Part shown: in pieces, positions 11,005 to 16,180 of the stretch | How positions within the stretch are numbered: position 1 is the stretch's first letter | Layout of the letters: every line of letters starts with the position of its first letter | From: Fonticula alba ATCC 38817 | Lineage: Eukaryota; Protista; Nucleariida | Strand: one strand, 5' to 3' | Length of the DNA stretch: 16,180 nt | Assembly: GCA_000388065.2 (NCBI GenBank) | Contig: KB932201.1 | Notes under the pieces: model-generated | Told to the model about the DNA's origin: nothing | The model's database searches: none | The model's input: only the letters and a program-made list of their open reading frames with translations | Position numbers and translations under genes: made by a program

Positions 11005-11565
11005 GCAGGTGCCACATGGGTTAAGCCCAGGTCAAGTGAGTGAGGCTTGATGAAGGGCCGCTGTGTGATCTGCCACCCGGCCAGCAACACCTCCCGGCAT
11101 GAAGAGGGAGAACATACCAACCAGCGGGTTCACGGTCGTCTGTTTCCGGGTGAGTCGGCAACCTGAGTTAAGGCGAGTTAGTGGCAAGCGAAATAGAAAG
11201 AAAATCGAATGTCAATAAAAGGGTTGGCGAGGAGGCCCCAGGACAGGTGCTGGCAGGATGAGGCCTCAAAGGGGATACTTCGGCAGACGCTTCGACACAC
11301 AGCCGCCAAGGTCTTCACTCTCGGGGGCGTCCCAGCGGGGGCCCCCCGCCCCTTTTTGACCCTTGGGTTCGGTCCGGGGGCGGATCTCGCGGCCGGGCCC
11401 GTCGTCCACCCGTGCATCGCCATCCTCGATCGAGCGGCATAGGAGCGCTCGATCCCGGAAGTCACCCGGCTGTTGTCCGGCCCTGCATTCCTCCACGGAG
11501 AGTGCCGCTCAGGGCTGGTGACCATCCCCACTTAAGAGCACGTGCGATTGACCACCCGCGTGCTA
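11005..11565 (+). repeat. Repeat copy 1 (about 540-560 bp)
   Basis: Colinear with 15421-15974. It shares long identical blocks such as CTGCCACCCGGCCAGCAACACCTCCCGGCATGAAGAGGGAGAACATACCAACCAGCGGGTT and AGCGAAATAGAAAGAAAATCGAATGT, and ends in AGCACGTG...CGCGTGCTA. Confidence 0.95.
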
Positions 11566-11949
11566 CTTGTCTGACGCTTACGTGGGGATCTCACGCCAGC
11601 CGCGAGGCGAAAAACAGCGCTTTTCGGTTGTTGAGGGTCTTCTTTCAGACACGCCGCTCTTTTAGCCATGCGGCGATCTCCTTCTGCTCGGGCAAACCCG
11701 AGGCTGCGAACGCCCGTCCTCCCTTTTCAGCACCTGCCCAGCAGGCTAGCCAGGCTCTTTACGCTGCCCTGCCTCCCCACTCATTGGTAGGCCTGCCCCA
11801 TGTTCCGGAAGTGGGGGCTTGTGTTTGGTGTTGCAGGCCACCTCACTGAGACCGCCATCCTTCGGCAGTGGGCGCGACTGAGAAAAGGATACACCATACG
11901 CTTGCAGTTAGGTCTATTCATGTGTATCGAACTCCCCTCGCTGAGAGTG

Positions 11950-13310
11950 CCGGGGGAAGGCGCGATTTTCCACGGTGCTTGCTGGTGTTTGGTCGGTTGC
12001 CGACCGGGGAGCCTTGCGATGATCGACTTCGCGTGCGATCGAAGTGTGGTCTGGCACATTGGGCACTGCTTGTGGGTGACTTGCCTCCGGCCGGCCTTTC
12101 AAAGAGCCCCAGGGTCGGCTGCTCGTCGAATTTGAACTGGCCACGAGTGTTTGACGGCTTTCTGCTGGTTACCCCAAAGGGCGGCCACATCCACCAGGAC
12201 CCAATCCAGTCCCTTGAACGTGCATGGAATTGTCCGAGACTCCATTGTCTGCACTGGGCGTTCGCGTTGCGCTCCTTCACCTCCTCCAATACCTCGCGTC
12301 TCGCGACTTGCGCACGGTCGGGATTGCTCCCATTTCCGAGAGATCGGAGCCGAATCCCGCCAGGATGAATTCCGGGTTGTAACCCAGGAACGACACTGGA
12401 AGGCGATTCATCGCAGCCGCGGCTTGCACGACGGCTTCCCCCCCCCCCCCCCCGGCATACTTCCGCTTGTGCCAGGCTGCCACCCGGGCCACACGAAGGT
12501 GCTGCAGCAGGATGCCGACGACTCGCCCGGCCGCGCCGTTGAACATGCGGTGGCTCGGAGCGGAGAGTCTAAGAGTATTGCTCTTGCGAGCCAGCAACCG
12601 CTTCCACCCCTCCGAACGGAACGTCGGTGTCCCTCCAACTTAATGGTCCCGGGGAATCTCCCCCAAGATTCGAATACCCGGCGTAGTTGACAATAGAAGT
12701 CGCCGGTGGTCCATGACAAGCTGCAAATGCAAACCCAAGCGTATCGGGAAAGCCGGCCCACAATCACCAGGAGGGCCTCACGCCCCAAGTCCCCAGGCAA
12801 AGCCGAGACCACGCCCAGCGAGACAACATCCGTAGGTCCGTTCGCAATCGGGCCCGGCTCCCTCGGCATCGTCAGCCGTGGCTGGCCTCGAGCCTCGAGA
12901 GCTTGGCAGCTCATGCACGTGCGGACATACCCGCCAGCGTATTGCCCAAGCCTCTGGCCAGCAAAACGGCCACACACCAGCCAGATGGTAGCCTCCCTTC
13001 CGAGATGCTTGTATACCCCGGAATCGTGGAAAATACTCCAATGCCTCCACAATCCCCGCCTCTGGCAGACAGACCTGACCCGTCAGGTGCAGGATGCCAT
13101 TCCCTCACACATAAAAGTTAACGATACCCTCCCCCAGGGCTGTCATGTGCTGCCGGCCGGCCATTTGAATCCTCGACAGATTCTGCCTATAGCTCAGCCG
13201 GAAGCACCGGGTGAGGCCACAGGGGACTACGCTTAGCCCGATGGCGCCCGAGTCATAGCGCAGCCAGGAAGTCGCATCCCCACATTCCTTCAAACGAATG
13301 TAGTGGCCGA
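11950..13310 (-). pseudogene. Decayed Ty3/Gypsy-type pol remnant: end of RNase H, linker, HHCC zinc-binding domain and rve integrase core
   Basis: Stitching frames gives HYIRLKECGDATSWL (resembles RNase H end, ADALSR) ... FYV*GNGILHLTGQVCLPEAGIVEALEYF / HDSGVYKHLGREAT...YVRTCMSCQ (integrase H2C2) ... GPTDVVSLGVVSALPGDLGREALLVIVGRLSRYAW...VFESWGRFPGTI / GTPTFRSEGWKRLL...LRLSAPSHRMFNGAAGRV...LLQHLR...MN...LGYNPEFILAG (DDE core with the catalytic residues lost). A weaker C-terminal match is RKPSNTRGQFKFDE. There are at least two frameshifts (about 13028 and 12633) and in-frame stops. The left boundary is approximate. Confidence 0.85.
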
Positions 13311-13691
13311 CCCCCCCCCCCCCCCCCGGGCCTCATACAGCACAGCGCACCCAGCATCACGCCTAGCTCGGCCTCGTCGACCTCGGCCTCAAGTGGGCTC
13401 CCCCCCCGGGCTGCCCGCCAGACTGCGGAGCCTGCGCGACCGCTCGCCCGACACGCCAGCATTCGCCGCGAGAATCGAAGGACAGGAGAGAACAGGCGAG
13501 TATATTGCAAGAGCCACCGAGAGGCTCCACCTCCGTGCTACACGCCGCGCGTGTGGGTGGTCGGTCCGCCAGACTCGGGGTCCCTCCTCAGGGCCCACGG
13601 CCACGCTTCTTCTTGTGCGCGATTTGCCAGATCGCGGGTGGCTACCGCGCTGGCTCGCGCCCGGGCGGTCTCCCTCCGCAGGGCCTTGACC

Positions 13692-15083
13692 TTAATCCTC
13701 CGAAGGCCTCTCAGAGAAGCGACGAGGAGGGGGTGGGCGTACCTTCCGGCGCTTGGGCGGGGCTTGGACATTCGTCTCATTCGCTCGGGCGTGCTTCCGC
13801 AACTCGAAGTAGAGGCGGTACTTTCCCGACAGTCCGTCCCATTGGGCCGGCCATAGCACCTGGCCCGGCTCGATCCGACGCGCAAGCGTTAGGCCCTCCT
13901 TGGCGAGGAAACTGGGGTTTCGGGGACGGTCCGAAGCAATGATGCTCAGGACTCGCTTCACCGAAGTGTGCCTGTCGGTGCCCACACCGCGGGACGTCAA
14001 GAGGGCCAGGTAGCAGGCGTCTTTCCAGCCGAACCCGAAGCCCAGCTCGGACATCGCGTGGTATGTCATGAAGACTTGCTCGCCCAGCGTGGCATAGCGA
14101 CACAGACTGTGGAATAGTTGGCCGATCAGCACCACCCGGTAGGCCTGTGGAACGCTACCCAGGCTCTCTGCCCAGGCGCTGCTGCGCCTCGAGCCCTCGA
14201 GGCTCCAATCCCACAGGACGTTCAGGGTGATCGATTCGAATATCTCTTTCATCTGCCTCTCCGAAGGTGAACGGCTCAGGCAGTGAAGGACAGCCTCCCG
14301 AACTCGGATAGCCAAGCTCATGGGGTCTTCCCTCTTCTCCCACACCGACCATCGAGTCGTGTCCACGCCCTCTTGGTGGCTTCGACACACTTCGACCTTC
14401 GCCAGCATTTCGCACACTCGCCAAGCGCGCACGGGCCGGAAACTGGGCGGGGGGCTCTCGCTCTCCGCCCAGTCCCACCGGTCATCCAGCCCCGTGAATG
14501 GAGTCATCAAAGGGCCGCCTGGAGCATCAGAGGCGCTCCGCAGCTGTAGGACCACCTGCTCTTCGTCCAGGAAGTCCATCCGGCGGCTCTCGGGGTTTAG
14601 CACAATCACCGGCCTGGCCCGTTCTCCTTCCGGGGGCTTGGGGCCGGATGCCTCTGCTTTCAGCTCAAGGCACGCCTCTCCCCAAGCACTCCAACGAAGG
14701 TGGCAGAGATCCGACCGGCAGCCGGTGCTCTGCAGCACGTCCTCCAGTAGCTCGTACGTCCTCAGCAGAACCATCCTGGGGGTGCCCTCGATGGGCATCC
14801 GCTCCTGGAGGTCCTCGAAGAATTGTCCTATCTTGGCGCCACCCTCCGGATCGGCCTCATATTCATGCTTGTACCACATCTCAAAAGCTCGGATGAACAT
14901 CATGTCCTTACGACAGGGGACCCTTTTCGGTCTCTTGGAAGTGGTGGGCGGACCGACGCTCGGAGGAATCGGAGATTCGGTCATGGCTGGGGCGACGGGA
15001 AAGCGCGAGTCAGAACTGATTCGCGCCAAATCGCGAGGCAGAAACCCAACCCACAATGAGCCACCCCTCTCGCATAGGCTCAT
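13692..15083 (-). CDS. Intact orphan ORF, 463 aa (430 aa from the ATG at 14984), Trp/Glu-rich, with NLS-like motifs; lies upstream of the pol remnant, in the gag position
   Basis: Protein-like composition, unlike the Arg/Gly/Pro shadow ORFs elsewhere. Basic motifs SKRPKR near the N terminus and PPKRRKVR near the C terminus. The ATG at 14984 has ccagccATG context. No gag zinc knuckle, protease DTG/DSG or RT YxDD motif is recognisable. Confidence 0.65.
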   Translation of the reverse strand: MSLCERGGSLWVGFLPRDLARISSDSRFPVAPAMTESPIPPSVGPPTTSKRPKRVPCRKDMMFIRAFEMWYKHEYEADPEGGAKIGQFFEDLQERMPIEGTPRMVLLRTYELLEDVLQSTGCRSDLCHLRWSAWGEACLELKAEASGPKPPEGERARPVIVLNPESRRMDFLDEEQVVLQLRSASDAPGGPLMTPFTGLDDRWDWAESESPPPSFRPVRAWRVCEMLAKVEVCRSHQEGVDTTRWSVWEKREDPMSLAIRVREAVLHCLSRSPSERQMKEIFESITLNVLWDWSLEGSRRSSAWAESLGSVPQAYRVVLIGQLFHSLCRYATLGEQVFMTYHAMSELGFGFGWKDACYLALLTSRGVGTDRHTSVKRVLSIIASDRPRNPSFLAKEGLTLARRIEPGQVLWPAQWDGLSGKYRLYFELRKHARANETNVQAPPKRRKVRPPPPRRFSERPSED

Positions 15084-15420
15084 TCACTCTGTGCTCGAGT
15101 GCCCCAGGATGGAAGTCCTCCATCCTGAGAAGCAGCTACTCGAATCCGACGTCCGACGCCACGTAGTGGTGAGGTTCCGCCCTACCGGCCGCCAGGTGTT
15201 GCCCATGCGCGCCGGTCCCGATAGTGTGCGCCAGCGGCCGGGTGTCCCTTCGCCCACCAGAGTGCCTCTGGGGTTCGATGGCACCCGTGTAGTCTCCGAG
15301 ACTACGCGACCCATCGGGGTGTGGCCGTGAGGCCGCGCGGGATTCGACTCTCCCGCCGTAGCGCCGAGAGTCCCCCCCGGTGAGTCCTGCAAGGAGAGAA
15401 AGAAAAGCCAAGCGGCCGTG

Positions 15421-15958
15421 GCAGGAGCCACACGGGCTAGGCCCAGGTCAAGTGAGTGAGGCTTGACGAGGGGCGCCTGTGCGACCTGCCACCCGGCCAG
15501 CAACACCTCCCGGCATGAAGAGGGAGAACATACCAACCAGCGGGTTTACGGTCGTCTGTTTCCGGGCGAGTCAGCAACCTGACTTCAGGCGAGTTAGGGG
15601 CGAGCGAAATAGAAAGAAAATCGAATGTGAACAAAAGGGTTCGAGAGGAGGCCTTGGAACAGGTGTTCGTCGGCTCGACTGGTGCTTCGGCTACACTTCG
15701 GCATACGCTTCGACACACAGCTGCTAAGGTCTTCACTCTTGGGAGCGTCCCAACGGGAACCCCCCTTTTGACCCTTGGGTTCGGTCTCGAGGTGTGGATC
15801 TCGCGGCGAGCACCCGCGTGTCTCCATGCTCGGCCGAGCGGCATACACGCTGGACTTCGCGGAGGCACCTGGCTGTGTTGTCCTCTGCCCCGCATTCCGC
15901 CACAAGGAGTGCTTGCAATGGAATACCCCTGTAAACAATAATTCAAATAGCACGTGAG
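15421..15958 (+). repeat. Repeat copy 2, direct orientation to copy 1
   Basis: Same shared blocks as copy 1. Similarity is very high in the left third and more diverged, with indels, toward the right end. Confidence 0.95.
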
Positions 15959-15962
15959 GAGA

Positions 15963-16165
15963 CTCGCGTGCTATATGGCAGGGCGGCGGAAGTCCCAAAC
16001 AACACTCCTCCCGGAAGGAATGCACGGTGGGACAACAGCCAGGCGGCTTCCGGGATCGGGCACTTCCATGTCGCTCGGCCGAGCATGGAGACACGCGGGT
16101 GATCGCCGCGAGATCCACACCTCGAGACCGAGCCCGGAGGTCGGGCGCTGCCGCTGGGCATCCCC
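15963..16165 (-). repeat. Repeat copy 3, partial and inverted, abutting copy 2
   Basis: 16068-16131 is the reverse complement of 15781-15844 at 62/64 nt. The reverse complement of 16018-16067 matches 11441-11490 of copy 1 at about 40/50 nt. Confidence 0.9.
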
Positions 16166-16180
16166 CCCCCCCCCCCCCCC

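Larger units (their letters stand above)
11005..15958 (-). mobile_element. Candidate non-autonomous LTR-retrotransposon-derived composite element (direct repeats flanking an orphan ORF and an integrase remnant)
   Basis: The architecture repeat-ORF-(RH/INT)-repeat matches Gypsy order on the minus strand. However, I found no TG...CA termini, target-site duplication or convincing PBS, and RT is absent. Confidence 0.45.

Noticed and set aside
11045-11170. TGATGA...CTGA as a box C/D snoRNA, or TGANGA as a hammerhead core
   Set aside because: Box C changes to TGACGA in copy 2, the terminal stem is not conserved, and the hammerhead CUGANGA core and stems are not satisfied.
11780-12060. Chromodomain at the integrase C terminus (IAREVDHRK; VSVRWP)
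   Set aside because: The fragments lie in different frames and lack the aromatic cage and TWEP motif, so they are too weak to call.
13328-13510. EAELGVMLGALCCMRP as the RNase H ELLAIVxAL motif
   Set aside because: Position is plausible, but the similarity is too loose to include in the pol call without an HMM search.

Overview
Eukaryotic, very GC-rich draft-assembly window with two N gaps, spliceosomal intron signals and many poly-C/poly-G and (CA)n tracts. Its style is reminiscent of Fonticula alba, but that is an impression, not a database result. The left part (about 2.8-6.8 kb, minus strand) holds a spliced gene for a type I membrane protein of about 1250-1270 aa, with a signal peptide, many furin-like/growth-factor-receptor CxxC repeats and one C-terminal TM helix. 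About 4 kb of low-complexity intergenic DNA follows, then a tRNA-Cys(GCA) gene (10851-10922, minus). About 80 bp upstream of the tRNA 5' end begins a block of visibly lower GC (about 11.0-16.2 kb). It contains a ~540-bp repeat (copy 1), a decayed Ty3/Gypsy RNase H-end/integrase remnant with no recognisable RT, an intact orphan ORF of 430-463 aa, a second direct copy of the repeat, and an inverted partial third copy. The second and third copies form a ~350-bp imperfect palindrome centred on a GAGA-tetraloop hairpin. This tRNA-adjacent composite element is the most unusual thing in the window, and whether the repeats are LTRs or duplicated spliced gene segments is unresolved. Most other long ORFs in the track are GC-rich shadow frames.
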